Positions 30,303-40,790 are shown, counted from the stretch's first letter. The stretch is 64,000 nt of DNA from an uncultured Gammaproteobacteria bacterium (GCA_964355175.1 CAYHBZ010000001.1:240523-304522); one strand, 5' to 3'. The notes: a model not told the origin generated them from the sequence alone. Numbers and translations are program-made.

Positions 30303-32045
30303 ATGTTAAAAACTATCCATAAATCTTTAAATAACCATTACCACAAGAACTACCATAATCAGTACGAGCACGCCAAAAAATTATTTGTCTTTGATATTTT
30401 CTTGTTGGCCGTGGCGGTCGTAATGTTTGGTAGTACTCTTTATTTTTTATTTTGGAATCCCGGACTCACCGACCAAATTGATTTAAAAATTTCTTTGGGA
30501 GAGAGTCGTATCAAAAGCGGTGAAGAAGTCAGACTGACAGTGGATTATAAAAACCGTAGTAAATACGCTCTGCGTGACGCGGTAATCGCCCTACACTTAC
30601 CGGCCGGTTTTGTGATAGATAGAGAAAAGACCCCGACTGATATTTTTTCCGATCAATCTACTTTTTCCGTACAAAATATTCGACCGGGAGCCAAGGGCCA
30701 GCTAGAGGTGTATGGCTACGTCTGGATCACTCCCAAAACCGACCAAGATATCACTGCCCTACTTTCTTATATCCCAGAAAATTCCAAATATAAAGAACAG
30801 AAACTAGGAAAATTTTTGATGAATTTGCCTGAGAGTGTGGTGCAAGGAAATTTACAAATGGTGACGACTTCTTTTGCCAACAACACCATACCATTTGCTT
30901 TGACTCTCAAAAATACTTCCGACCGCAAGCTCGACAACTTGAATATACAACTCAGCTTCCCTGGAAAAATAAACACAGACGATGGCGTCCTGCAAAACAT
31001 TGCTTTGGAAAAAAATACTGAAAAAATTGTGACCGGCACTATCATCATGCCGACCAAATCCGGACAATACAATCTATTGGCCATATTAAATGGTATATTT
31101 AATAATACAAAAATAGAAATATTGAAAACTCAAAATAGTGTTAAAACCTTTTCTCCTGAGGTAGCTACCCGGGCTTCCATAAACGACTCCCTAAACTACG
31201 GCGAACCAAACAAAGAAATTAACGCTTCCGTAACTTGGAAAAATAACGGCCAACTCCAACTCCAAAATCAGACGGTGCATATTGCCTTTACTCCTGGAGT
31301 CGTAGATCTCAAAGCCACCGCTCGAGCCAACAACTTTAAATTGGACAATAACGGACTGCTCGTAGACAGCTCAATACGCACCGCTCTTGCCAACGGCGCT
31401 CCCGGTGCCACCGAACAATTCAATTTTAAAGTAATTTTATTACCATCTTTTTCTTTGGGAAATTCGGAAAGCCCGTCGCTAGAAATCAAACCATCCTTTA
31501 CGGCTGAATTAAAAGATATGGCTGGTCAAAAATTTGAAGTGTACGGACAAAGTGCTAAACTACCATTAGCAACTGAGCTCTACCTTACACCTAGCGTGCG
31601 TTATTATTCCGACGATGGCGACCAGCTCGGTCGCGGCCCTCTACCTCCTGCTGTTGGTCAAACTACCAAATATTGGATCTTCATACAGCTCAACAACACT
31701 ACGAATCCAATCAAAGACGCGACTCTCCAAATTTCTCTAAATAGCGACGCTACTTTCACCGGTAAACAAAGCGTCACCATCGGCTCAGCCCTTGCTCACA
31801 ACAACGGAAATATTTCCTGGAATTATCGCGAACTACCAGCTCACAGCCAAACCGGTTGGTATTTTGAAGTGGCCGTGACTCCGACCACCGAACAACTTGG
31901 ACAAAATATCAGCCTGGTGAACAATATTAAATTTACAGCTACCGACAAAACTACCGGCAAAGAATTTTCTTTGACAAAATCCTCGCTAAAGAATTCTTTA
32001 CCGAACGCCGATAGAGGTAGTGACAAAAGCAATCTGGTAGAATAA
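30303..32045 (+). CDS. Membrane-anchored multi-beta-sandwich hypothetical protein
   Basis: One N-terminal TM; C-terminal GRGPLPP.VGQTTKYWI motif; 580-aa ORF. Confidence 0.7.
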   Translation: MLKTIHKSLNNHYHKNYHNQYEHAKKLFVFDIFLLAVAVVMFGSTLYFLFWNPGLTDQIDLKISLGESRIKSGEEVRLTVDYKNRSKYALRDAVIALHLPAGFVIDREKTPTDIFSDQSTFSVQNIRPGAKGQLEVYGYVWITPKTDQDITALLSYIPENSKYKEQKLGKFLMNLPESVVQGNLQMVTTSFANNTIPFALTLKNTSDRKLDNLNIQLSFPGKINTDDGVLQNIALEKNTEKIVTGTIIMPTKSGQYNLLAILNGIFNNTKIEILKTQNSVKTFSPEVATRASINDSLNYGEPNKEINASVTWKNNGQLQLQNQTVHIAFTPGVVDLKATARANNFKLDNNGLLVDSSIRTALANGAPGATEQFNFKVILLPSFSLGNSESPSLEIKPSFTAELKDMAGQKFEVYGQSAKLPLATELYLTPSVRYYSDDGDQLGRGPLPPAVGQTTKYWIFIQLNNTTNPIKDATLQISLNSDATFTGKQSVTIGSALAHNNGNISWNYRELPAHSQTGWYFEVAVTPTTEQLGQNISLVNNIKFTATDKTTGKEFSLTKSSLKNSLPNADRGSDKSNLVE

Positions 32046-32047
32046 AT

Positions 32048-33190
32048 ATGAGCAATAAAAATTTGATTTTATTTTGCGGTTTTTTCACGACGCTAATTTT
32101 GGCGATTCACCTGATTTTCCCGAGCATCCTCAATGGGATGAACTCGCTGGGACAAGGACCAATTCTTTCATACGAATTCAATGAGTCTATTTGGAGACTT
32201 CACAAAGTTCACCCTACCTTTGCCGGCAGATTTACAACTACCAGTTTATTGTCAATTTTAAATAGTCTAGGCCTACCATTTGCCTGGTCTTTTTTGATCA
32301 TCAACTTTTCCCTGTTGTTTCTGAATGGAATATTGATAGCCAAAATATCAAATAATTTTGGATTTAACGCGAAACAAGAAAAAATCAGCCTGCTGTTATT
32401 TTATTTAAGCTTTAGCATCTTATTCGCTTTCTTCCGTAGTATTGATACCTACGACGATCTGATACAATATTTCTTCTTATTTGGATCCGTCCTAGCATTT
32501 CTAAAAAATAAAAATTTGGTTGGATCCACTTTTTTCCTAGCCTCGCTAATGACTCGAGAAACTGGCTTACTACTAATACCGGGATTATTTTTGATAATAA
32601 AAAACCGCTCGATATTTTATAAATTTTGTGCTGTAATAATTCCGGCCGTTATTTTTGAAATAATTAATTTATTTATTTTTTACAGATTAAATTTACTACA
32701 CCAAAACAAGACTTACCTGGAAAATTCCCGGTTCGCTCACTTTATCTATAATTTCCAAAACTTAAATTTTTCAATCGAAACCATAGTGTCCGCCTTTTTA
32801 GTTTTAGCAATACCAATTTATTTAGTTTATAAAATATATAAGAAAAATTTAATCGAAGAATCACACTCTGATCTCCTAAAAGCCGGTGCCATCTCAATAT
32901 TAATAAACACCCCGATTGTTTTACTAAGCACTCGGGCTCGCGAAGCCAGACTTTTTGCCCTACCTTTAGTTTTTCTATGGCCACTGCTCGGATACTATTT
33001 TGAAAAATTAAAAATTAGATTTTCTTTCGCGGAAAAAAAGATTTTTTATATCAATTTATTTTTAATCGCGATTTTATCGGCATTTATTTATAAACCCACC
33101 TACTCCGGCGGTTTTGACTACGGCTATCGTCTGTATTTATTTTTATTTATAATTTTTTTCGGAATTATAATAAAAAATTCAAAAAAATAA
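32048..33190 (+). CDS. Polytopic membrane protein (GT-C-like hypothetical)
   Basis: Multiple TM segments, DTYDD and RETG motifs. Confidence 0.6.
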   Translation: MSNKNLILFCGFFTTLILAIHLIFPSILNGMNSLGQGPILSYEFNESIWRLHKVHPTFAGRFTTTSLLSILNSLGLPFAWSFLIINFSLLFLNGILIAKISNNFGFNAKQEKISLLLFYLSFSILFAFFRSIDTYDDLIQYFFLFGSVLAFLKNKNLVGSTFFLASLMTRETGLLLIPGLFLIIKNRSIFYKFCAVIIPAVIFEIINLFIFYRLNLLHQNKTYLENSRFAHFIYNFQNLNFSIETIVSAFLVLAIPIYLVYKIYKKNLIEESHSDLLKAGAISILINTPIVLLSTRAREARLFALPLVFLWPLLGYYFEKLKIRFSFAEKKIFYINLFLIAILSAFIYKPTYSGGFDYGYRLYLFLFIIFFGIIIKNSKK

Positions 33191-33194
33191 AAAC

Positions 33195-33225
33195 AAAAAA
33201 TCCCGACCAAATGATCGGGATTTTT
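33195..33225. terminator. Bidirectional terminator between convergent genes
   Basis: AAAAAATCCCGA-CCAAATGA-TCGGGATTTTT. Confidence 0.75.
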
Positions 33226-33233
33226 AAATTTAA

Positions 33234-34388
33234 TTATTTTACTCCGGCGGCTTTTTTCAATTCCTTTACTTTGTCTACTTTCTCCCACGGGAACTGAACG
33301 CGACCAAAGTGACCATAGGCCGAAGAAGCGCGATAGATGGGGCGAAGTAAATTGAGGTGCTGAATAATTTTACCCGGACGGAAATCAAATACTTTTTTCA
33401 CGGCGGATTCCAGAGTGTCATCACTAACTACACCAGTACCAAAGGTATCGACATGAACAGAAGTAGGTTCGGCACGTCCGATAACATACGCTACCTGCAC
33501 TTCACATTTATCAGCAAGTCCAGCGGCTACGATGTTTTTGGCCACGTAGCGAGCCATATAAGCGCCGGAGCGGTCTACCTTGCTTGGATCCTTACCGGAG
33601 AAACAACCGCCGCCATGACGGCCCATGCCGCCATAAGTATCCACAATAATCTTGCGACCGGTCAAACCAGTATCACCTTGTGGACCGCCGATTACAAAAC
33701 GGCCGGTCATGTTGATAAATAACTCGGTATTTTTGTCCATATACTCACCGCAAACCGGTTTGATCACCTTTTTGGCGATATCAGCGCGCAATTTTTCGGT
33801 AGACACCGTGTCGTGGTGCTGAGCGGAAATAACCACATTTTTCAATACGGTTGGTTTGCCGTCTACATACTCTACCGCTACCTGGGATTTACCATCTGGG
33901 CGCAGATATGGAATTTCTCCACTCTTGCGCACTTCAGTGAGGCGTAGCGCCAATTTATGGGCCAAGCTAATTGGCAATGGCATTAATTCCGGTGTTTCAT
34001 TACAGGCATAACCAAACATCAAACCCTGATCACCAGCGCCCTGCTCTTCCACTTTTTTCTTACTGACACCTTGAGCAATATCTGGAGATTGCTCATGGAT
34101 TGAAATCAAGACACCGGCATGTTCACTATCAATACCATAAGCCGGATCGGTATAACCGATATCGAGCAAAACATCACGCACTATTTTTTGAACATCGGCA
34201 CTGGCCGTGGTAGTAACTTCACCACCCACAATTACCAAACCGGTAGTGGTAAAACATTCTACCGCTACGCGAGATTTTGGATCTTGAGATAAAAATTTAT
34301 CCAAGACCGCGTCAGAGATCTGATCACAAATTTTATCCGGGTGACCTTCGGTCACCGACTCGGAAGTAAATACAAATTTATTAGACAT
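33234..34388 (-). CDS. metK: S-adenosylmethionine synthetase
   Basis: [41 protein letters not shown]. Confidence 0.98.
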   Translation of the reverse strand: MSNKFVFTSESVTEGHPDKICDQISDAVLDKFLSQDPKSRVAVECFTTTGLVIVGGEVTTTASADVQKIVRDVLLDIGYTDPAYGIDSEHAGVLISIHEQSPDIAQGVSKKKVEEQGAGDQGLMFGYACNETPELMPLPISLAHKLALRLTEVRKSGEIPYLRPDGKSQVAVEYVDGKPTVLKNVVISAQHHDTVSTEKLRADIAKKVIKPVCGEYMDKNTELFINMTGRFVIGGPQGDTGLTGRKIIVDTYGGMGRHGGGCFSGKDPSKVDRSGAYMARYVAKNIVAAGLADKCEVQVAYVIGRAEPTSVHVDTFGTGVVSDDTLESAVKKVFDFRPGKIIQHLNLLRPIYRASSAYGHFGRVQFPWEKVDKVKELKKAAGVK

Positions 34389-34465
34389 AATCTAAAATGA
34401 TATAGAAGACAGAAGGAAGTTGCTGATATGTAATCGACCCTTAACATAATAACAACCAACACCGT

Positions 34466-35641
34466 CTAGTAATTAACAAGATTAAGTATACTAGCGATTG
34501 TGACAGTTGTAAATACCAAAAAAATTGTGATTGCCACCCAATTACTATGGCGCAAACCATATTTCGCCGCTGGCAAATGTCCGTAATGTTGGGCGCGCAG
34601 ATAGATAAAAACCAAAAGCATGGCGTCCAGACCGGACAATAGACCACCAATTAGGCCAATTACTTTAAGAAAATCATGCCAACCAATCATATAAAAAGTA
34701 AGTGGCGCGGTAATGACCAAAACTACCGCCAAAAATGGCGAGACTTTCCAGTCCCAAATCAAAGTCTGTTTCATAGCCAAACCCAAACCCAAAAACCCGG
34801 TACCCATCGCAAAAATAGCAAAGGTGTTGATCAAAAATTTGATCCACATGCCGAATTTTTCGCCAAGACCGGTACTAGCTATCGGCGTAGTACTAAGCCC
34901 AAGCACTCCCACTGTCGCCACCGCAAACAACATATACACAAATATAGGGATCAGGGTACCGATGATCAAAGCCTTTTTAAATTTCTTGGGATCTCCCGGC
35001 AATAGAGCGTGCGCTTCGGCGATAGCCGGAGACGCCTGCAGAGCAAATAAAATTACACCCAGCGGCAAAAATAAATTACCCGGATCATAATAATGAAAAT
35101 TCGCAATATTAATTTGCGGCAAAATTCCAAAAGACAAACCGATTATAATACTTAAAACAACAATACTAAAAACTTTTTCCAAAACTTTCACTGTTTGCAA
35201 ACCGCGCCATACCGAAAAACTGGCAATTGTCCAAAAAATTACCGCCCAAACTTCGGGGGTACCACCAAATAAATTGGACAAAGCTTCGCCTTCGCCAATC
35301 AGGTAAGCGAGTAGAGCGCCCAAACCACCCATTACGACCATGATAGACATCAAAACTTTGGCCCAACCACCAATATATTTCCCCGCCAAACCCGGCAATT
35401 GAAAACTGGCTTTGGTACGCACCACGATTTCACCAATCATTAAATTTAATAACAAAACCACGGCGCCTAATATTGCGATATATCCCAAGCCCATCACCAA
35501 CCCCACTCTAGAAACAACATAAGGAATACCAAGAATACCAGCACCAATTGTCATGCCGGTAATCATAAATACAGCACTACTGACACTCACCTTTTCTTTG
35601 TATACTCCCTGATGAAAAACTAAATTATTTTTTGATTGCAT
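34466..35641 (-). CDS. Aromatic amino acid permease family (TyrP/Mtr-like) transporter
   Basis: GMTIGAGILGIPY; about 11 TM segments. Confidence 0.85.
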   Translation of the reverse strand: MQSKNNLVFHQGVYKEKVSVSSAVFMITGMTIGAGILGIPYVVSRVGLVMGLGYIAILGAVVLLLNLMIGEIVVRTKASFQLPGLAGKYIGGWAKVLMSIMVVMGGLGALLAYLIGEGEALSNLFGGTPEVWAVIFWTIASFSVWRGLQTVKVLEKVFSIVVLSIIIGLSFGILPQINIANFHYYDPGNLFLPLGVILFALQASPAIAEAHALLPGDPKKFKKALIIGTLIPIFVYMLFAVATVGVLGLSTTPIASTGLGEKFGMWIKFLINTFAIFAMGTGFLGLGLAMKQTLIWDWKVSPFLAVVLVITAPLTFYMIGWHDFLKVIGLIGGLLSGLDAMLLVFIYLRAQHYGHLPAAKYGLRHSNWVAITIFLVFTTVTIASILNLVNY

Positions 35642-35721
35642 AAAATAAAATTGGATATATTATATCACAAAAAATGCAAAATAAAAAACAGAGAGGTGTC
35701 TCTGTTTAAAAATTTAAATCG

Positions 35722-35795
35722 TGGGCAGTAAAGGATTCGAACCTTTGACCCCCTCGGTGTAAACGAGGTGCTCTAACCAACTGAGCTAACTGCCC
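35722..35795 (-). tRNA. tRNA-Val (anticodon TAC), CCA not encoded
   Basis: GGGCAGTTAGCTCAGTTGGTTAGAGCA-CCTCG-TTTACAC-CGAGG-GGGTCAAAGGTTCGAATCCTTTACTGCCCA cloverleaf. Confidence 0.97.
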
Positions 35796-35846
35796 AAAAC
35801 TGTGATTAATATACTAGAAAATTTAATTTTAGTCAATGGCCGGTAA

Positions 35847-36842
35847 TTATTTTTGTAGACCGGATACATAATCCGCAATTTCGCTATCACCGTGAAGCTC
35901 GAGCCAATACCACCACTCTACCCCCCAAAAATAAGAACGACTAAAACCGGTCTTTTGGGCAAACTCCAAATTTTTCTTCAAACGATCCAGATTCATGGAT
36001 TTAAATTGTTCGGTGATGTTTTCAACTGTCACAATATTTTGCGGCAACCAAGGCTCGGCCTGCAATTCGGCCACCCAAGTACTAGCGAGAGAGCGTCCAT
36101 GGCCCAGAGCGCGCCAGCGGTAATATATCGCCGGCACCCAATCATACCCTACATATCCCAAATCTGGATTCCATACGACACGATAAACTGTGCTACCAAA
36201 TAGATCGCCGGCCATAGCGGTCTTATTCCAAAAACTCAGCTCACCACTATCGGTCACCAACACTTGGCGAGACGAATCGATTTTTTTGACGGTCGCAATT
36301 TCAGCTTGAAGCTTATCCGTGGTCATTTTACGACAGACCGCGCCAAAGGCTAAAAATGGCTCATTTTCTACCTGCCAAATTTCCACCGCTGGATTATTTT
36401 TATAACGCTCGGTGACGACGCTCAAATAATTATTCAAAGCGGAAAAATATTTACCTTCCGGCAAATTCTGAGTCCAGGCCGGCACATTGCATTCCGGCCA
36501 ACGGGGAGTCTTTTGTCCCATCGCCAGTACTACTTTGGCATTGCGTTTGGCCGCCTCGGCAATAAAATAATCAACTTGCGTGAAATCAAATTTTCCTTTT
36601 TGTGTTTCCACCACATCCCAACGTGCGGTGAGACGCAAATATTTAAATTTATATTTATCCAAAATTACCTGGTAAGTTTCTTTGGGATCTAGTCCCAGAT
36701 ATTGGGCATATTCAGGACTAAAAGAAACACCCAAGAGCATATCTTTATTGGGCCGAGAAAATATTTTTTCGGCGCAATACAAAAATAATATTATCACCGC
36801 CAAAATAATTAAAATTATAAAAAATATTTTTGTAAATTTCAT
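35847..36842 (-). CDS. Membrane-anchored glycoside hydrolase (clan GH-A, GH5/GH42-like)
   Basis: N-terminal TM; WQVENEP acid/base and ELQAEPW nucleophile motifs. Confidence 0.8.
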   Translation of the reverse strand: MKFTKIFFIILIILAVIILFLYCAEKIFSRPNKDMLLGVSFSPEYAQYLGLDPKETYQVILDKYKFKYLRLTARWDVVETQKGKFDFTQVDYFIAEAAKRNAKVVLAMGQKTPRWPECNVPAWTQNLPEGKYFSALNNYLSVVTERYKNNPAVEIWQVENEPFLAFGAVCRKMTTDKLQAEIATVKKIDSSRQVLVTDSGELSFWNKTAMAGDLFGSTVYRVVWNPDLGYVGYDWVPAIYYRWRALGHGRSLASTWVAELQAEPWLPQNIVTVENITEQFKSMNLDRLKKNLEFAQKTGFSRSYFWGVEWWYWLELHGDSEIADYVSGLQK

Positions 36843-37756
36843 ACTAATAAAATTAAACCCACACCAATTAATACTACCGCCAAAAATTCTTGAATCATTT
36901 CTGCCGGCGTATAATCTTCCTTAAAGACTTTTGGCCAAAAGCGGCTGAGCAACATTACGCCCAATATTAAAACCGCATATTGCAGACCACCCAGAGCGCT
37001 GACCAGCGACACACTGCCTATCGCCGTAGCGTATTGAATGAATAATACCGCGACTACCGCCAATATCTTATTAAAAATAATCAATCCGGTATGCTTATTT
37101 TTTTGAACCGCGAATTTATTTTTTATTTTATCCAGCCAGGTAGGACGCAGGAGAGATTTCAAAGTTTCAGGACTAAATAAAAAAAACAAACCGGATATAC
37201 CAATGAAAAATCGGCTCCAAACAAAGCCGGTCATAAATCCATATTTGTCATACAAATATTTGGCGCTCACATAAGATACGGCAAAAAATAATCCGGACAA
37301 AATCCCATAGACCACTCCCAAATGCAGACCATTATGTTTTTTACTTTTTTCAAACGCTATTAATACCGAACCAATAATCAGCAATCCCACCGCCCACAAT
37401 TCCGACGAAATCAAAGCTTCGCCCAAAAATAAATTACTAAAAATAAGCACAAACAATGGTGAAGCCGCTCCCACGAGCGGACCAACATGACTGACTTCAC
37501 TTTTTTCAAAACCCAAAAACATCATCCACATCGCCAAGGTGTAGGTGGTGCCGCAAATGATCGCCCATCCCCAATCCTCCCAACCGGATACCAATCCGGG
37601 ATAAAAAAAATAAAGAATAACAATTGCCAATAACGGGGCCGAAGAATAAAAAGTATAAAGTGCCGGTTTCACTTTCGCAGAAGACAATAAAAATTTATCA
37701 ACAATACAAACCAAAGCCAAAAGAATATAACCAGCCGCTGAAAATAAAAACCACAT
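36839..37756 (-). CDS. EamA/DMT family transporter
   Basis: Ten TM helices in two repeats; EVS.V.PL...P.FV...FLGE. Confidence 0.85.
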   Translation of the reverse strand: MWFLFSAAGYILLALVCIVDKFLLSSAKVKPALYTFYSSAPLLAIVILYFFYPGLVSGWEDWGWAIICGTTYTLAMWMMFLGFEKSEVSHVGPLVGAASPLFVLIFSNLFLGEALISSELWAVGLLIIGSVLIAFEKSKKHNGLHLGVVYGILSGLFFAVSYVSAKYLYDKYGFMTGFVWSRFFIGISGLFFLFSPETLKSLLRPTWLDKIKNKFAVQKNKHTGLIIFNKILAVVAVLFIQYATAIGSVSLVSALGGLQYAVLILGVMLLSRFWPKVFKEDYTPAEMIQEFLAVVLIGVGLILLV

Positions 37757-37941
37757 AAATATTTAAAATAAATTCTTTTATTATTATAACACAAAAAAAC
37801 ATCCGAATCTAATCGAATGTTTTTTGTTTTACCATATCCACTGTCTACTTTTTCAAATAAACATTGGACATGGAGAGTAGCGCGCGACTACCAACCCCAG
37901 AGGTCAGGTACGCGATGCGACGCAGACTACACGAGGCCAGC

Positions 37942-38232
37942 CTACTTCGGCCAGACACTCGGTGCGACGGCCGGCTGGACGGCGTGAATCCGGGGCGAAG
38001 ACGGACTGCGACTGGTCGTCCAGCGATCAGGATTGGCTTCGGGATGTACGAAGCCCTCCTCCTCGCCGACAGGCGACGTCAGGAGCGACGCAGCCGCCGG
38101 CTTGGGCTCAGCGCCACCGAGGCCACCGTGTCCGGACGGGAGGAAGTGCAAGGACTCGGGACCACCGCACTGGGCGCGGCTGAAATTTCGGACTGCCAAG
38201 GGATGTTGTGGATGGGAACGACCGTCGGACAT
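37942..38232 (-). CDS. GC-rich orphan protein A (96 aa, low complexity)
   Basis: AAGGAGG 5 nt before ATG 38232; stop abuts a 9-bp long-range stem arm. No recognisable domain, and other frames are also open. Confidence 0.5.
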   Translation of the reverse strand: MSDGRSHPQHPLAVRNFSRAQCGGPESLHFLPSGHGGLGGAEPKPAAASLLTSPVGEEEGFVHPEANPDRWTTSRSPSSPRIHAVQPAVAPSVWPK

Positions 38233-38646
38233 GACTGCCTCCTTCTCTTGCGAGAAGTGTTGCGAGCTCTCTGCGATTGGCATTGAGCTGGCCTCCCACC
38301 ATAAAGCGAAGTTGCCAAAGAGCGGGGAAAGATTATCCAAACTTTAGATATTCTTTCCCCACTCTTTGCACAAACTTGCTGTTTGCGCGCTACTCTAATT
38401 TATAAAGAACAATCTCTCAAAGTAAATATATTTAAAAAAATAAAAATATATTTGCCTTGGGCATCGTCGTGGCTGTATGAAAACAACCACGACAATGTAA
38501 ATGTGAATATGAAATTCGCGCCAAAGCGCAAAGCTCATAAATACGAAAGAGCAAACTACCTGCCGCGGGTGGGCTACACAATCGAAACTGCGTAGCCCAC
38601 CCGGATGGCTGTCACGGACTCGATCTTCCCAGACTTCCTGCGCTAG

Positions 38647-39012
38647 CTACGCTGCCATGATCTTCACGATCGCGAGCTGGCACTTGGCGGCCAGCGGATC
38701 GTGTTCACGCTCGAGCGCCTTGCTCTCCCAGACCACCACGCGGGCGATCTGGGCGTGCGGCTTGATGGACTCGACGGCCGTGTGGACGGCAGGAATGCGG
38801 AACCGGTCGGCGGCGACTTCCACGACGTGGGTGTGCTGGAAGCGGCCGGGGCGCAGCTTCGTGCTGTCCTTCAGGGACTCGAGCACGATATGCGCAAGCT
38901 CTTCATCCGTCCCTTCGAAGTGGGGGCGGCTGTTGCTGGTCGGGCTGTACTTGCGCACGGTGGGGTGGAGTTTGATGCCTTGAATGCCATCGGGCACGGG
39001 GACAACGGTCAT
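38647..39012 (-). CDS. GC-rich orphan protein B (121 aa), possibly a diverged DUF3228-like protein
   Basis: AAGGAAAAGGT SD; 25 of first 30 codons end in G/C; HFEGTDEEL...RPG...VVVW..AL.RE motif spacing recalls DUF3228 (unverified). Confidence 0.75.
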   Translation of the reverse strand: MTVVPVPDGIQGIKLHPTVRKYSPTSNSRPHFEGTDEELAHIVLESLKDSTKLRPGRFQHTHVVEVAADRFRIPAVHTAVESIKPHAQIARVVVWESKALEREHDPLAAKCQLAIVKIMAA

Positions 39013-39184
39013 GGCGATACCTTTTCCTTGGCAAAAATCAATCTGTAGTCCTGGAGACTACTCTTCGCTCCGCGGTAGAGCGACCCCGGCCGATTGACAA
39101 TTTTTGTGCACTCCGGGAAATTATATCCAAATCATTAGATATATTTCCCCGGAATACACTTTTTTAAAAGAACTCTTTTTATAA

Positions 39185-39217
39185 AAAATCACCCTAATCT
39201 TTCGATTTAGGGTGATT
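39185..39217 (-). terminator. Attenuator terminator hairpin
   Basis: AATCACCCTAAATC-GAAA-GATTAGGGTGATT followed by U-tract on minus strand. Confidence 0.8.
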
Positions 39218-39242
39218 GTTATAAATTTTATTTTATACAATT

Positions 39243-39332
39243 TTACCCTAAATCATTTACCCAAACAAAAGCATAGCGTACCAAGGTAGCTGTCTTCAAT
39301 GTCTTGCGAATGTTTAGATGGTTAAATTGCAT
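39243..39332 (-). CDS. Putative 29-aa leader peptide MQFNHLNIRKTLKTATLVRYAFVWVNDLG
   Basis: Starts just after TTGACT-16-TAAGAT promoter (39369-39342); its last codons (GATTTAGGGT) are complementary to the terminator 5' arm. Confidence 0.6.
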   Translation of the reverse strand: MQFNHLNIRKTLKTATLVRYAFVWVNDLG

Positions 39333-39451
39333 ACAAAAATAATCTTATCAGAAATTCAGAAAAAGTCAACTGGTCTATCCACATTGCGACCAAAACGCTT
39401 TTGGCCAATGACATTATTTGGCTTATTTTAGCCAAGATTTGCCCAAAGGCC

Positions 39452-39480
39452 TTGACAAAATCCTGTACTTGTGGTATCCT
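39452..39480 (+). promoter_or_regulatory. Sigma70 promoter
   Basis: TTGACA-17-TATCCT with TG extension. Confidence 0.65.
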
Positions 39481-39512
39481 TTAGAGTTTTAATTACTAAG
39501 TCAACGCCCAAT

Positions 39513-40676
39513 ATGCGTATAGCCATGATCGGACAAAAAGGTATCCCAGCCATCTACGGTGGCGTGGAGCGCCACGTGGAAGACTTGTCTCTGGAGTTGA
39601 CCAAACAAGGCCATGATATTTTGGTATACGCTCGCGCTTGGTACACCCCAACTGCTCTGAAAAATTACCACGGTGTACGCGTAATTCATACCCCTACTAT
39701 TCATACCAAAAATCTTGATGCCATTGTCGGTACTTTTACTGCCACTGTTCATGCCCTGTTTCAAAACTATGATGTAATTCATTATCATGGTGTTGGTCCG
39801 GCTTTACTTTCTTGGATTCCAAGATTGTTTGCGCCGAAAACAAAAGTGATTGTAACTTTCCATTGTATTGATCGCTACCACCAAAAATGGGGACCAGTGG
39901 CCAGACTGATGTTGTGGCTCGGTGAAAAAGCCGCTTGTACTTTCCCCCACCAGACTATCGTGGTATCTCGCACTATCCAAAGTTATTGTCTCAACGAATT
40001 CCAACGCAAAACCGATTTCATTCCAAATGGTGTAAGCATGGCCAAAAATATTGGCGATAGCTTGTTGCACAAATTTGATATCAAAAAGAACAAATATATT
40101 TTGATGGTCGCGCGTCTCGTGCGCCACAAAGGCGCTCACTATTTGCTAGAAGCTTGGCAGATTGCCCGTCAGCAATATCCACATTTGCTCAAAGACCATA
40201 AATTGGTAATTGTGGGTGGCAGTACTTTTACTGATAGTTATGTAAAAGAATTACGCCATATTGCGCGCGGTGATAAAAGTATTGTCTTTACCAACTGGCA
40301 GAATGGTCAGATACTCGAAGAGCTTTACAAAAATTGTGAGCTCTATGTAAACCCATCTGAAAATGAAGGGTTGCCAATCTCAGTACTGCAAGCCATGGCT
40401 TATGGTAAACCAGTATTGCTTTCCAACATTCCTGAACACTTGGAACTGATTGAAAATCCAAATTTTTTCTTTCACAATGCCAGCATCACTTCTTTGGCTG
40501 ATAAAATTGTGCAATTGATGAAAGATAAAGCCGCTCTATCCGAGCAAGGTGAAATCAATAAAACGCTCACAATCAAAAAATACGATTGGAAAAAATTGAG
40601 TCGTCAGACTTTGGCGGTGTATCACACCGGTGAAGATAAAATAAAAAAAGCACAATATAAAATCAGGCAAGCTTAA
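39513..40676 (+). CDS. Glycosyltransferase family 4
   Basis: MRIAMIGQKGIPAIYGGVERHVE, PSENEGLPISVLQAMAYG. Confidence 0.92.
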   Translation: MRIAMIGQKGIPAIYGGVERHVEDLSLELTKQGHDILVYARAWYTPTALKNYHGVRVIHTPTIHTKNLDAIVGTFTATVHALFQNYDVIHYHGVGPALLSWIPRLFAPKTKVIVTFHCIDRYHQKWGPVARLMLWLGEKAACTFPHQTIVVSRTIQSYCLNEFQRKTDFIPNGVSMAKNIGDSLLHKFDIKKNKYILMVARLVRHKGAHYLLEAWQIARQQYPHLLKDHKLVIVGGSTFTDSYVKELRHIARGDKSIVFTNWQNGQILEELYKNCELYVNPSENEGLPISVLQAMAYGKPVLLSNIPEHLELIENPNFFFHNASITSLADKIVQLMKDKAALSEQGEINKTLTIKKYDWKKLSRQTLAVYHTGEDKIKKAQYKIRQA

Positions 40677-40790
40677 ACTACACTACTACCCATTGTGTAG
40701 TTTTTGCTATAAAATATATTTTTGATACTCACCTTTATTTTTAAATAGAGGTGATTTAAAAAGTATATTGAATTGTTCTTTTAAAAAAAT

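Noticed and set aside
35722-35795. tRNA-Val as a genomic island attachment site
   Set aside because: No duplicated tRNA 3' end or integrase seen in the window.
37864-38347. Plus-strand ORFs over cassette A, and overlapping frames over B, C and D
   Set aside because: Expected shadow ORFs in GC-rich DNA; they lack the consistent SD, leader and strand-specific G-U support of the chosen frames.
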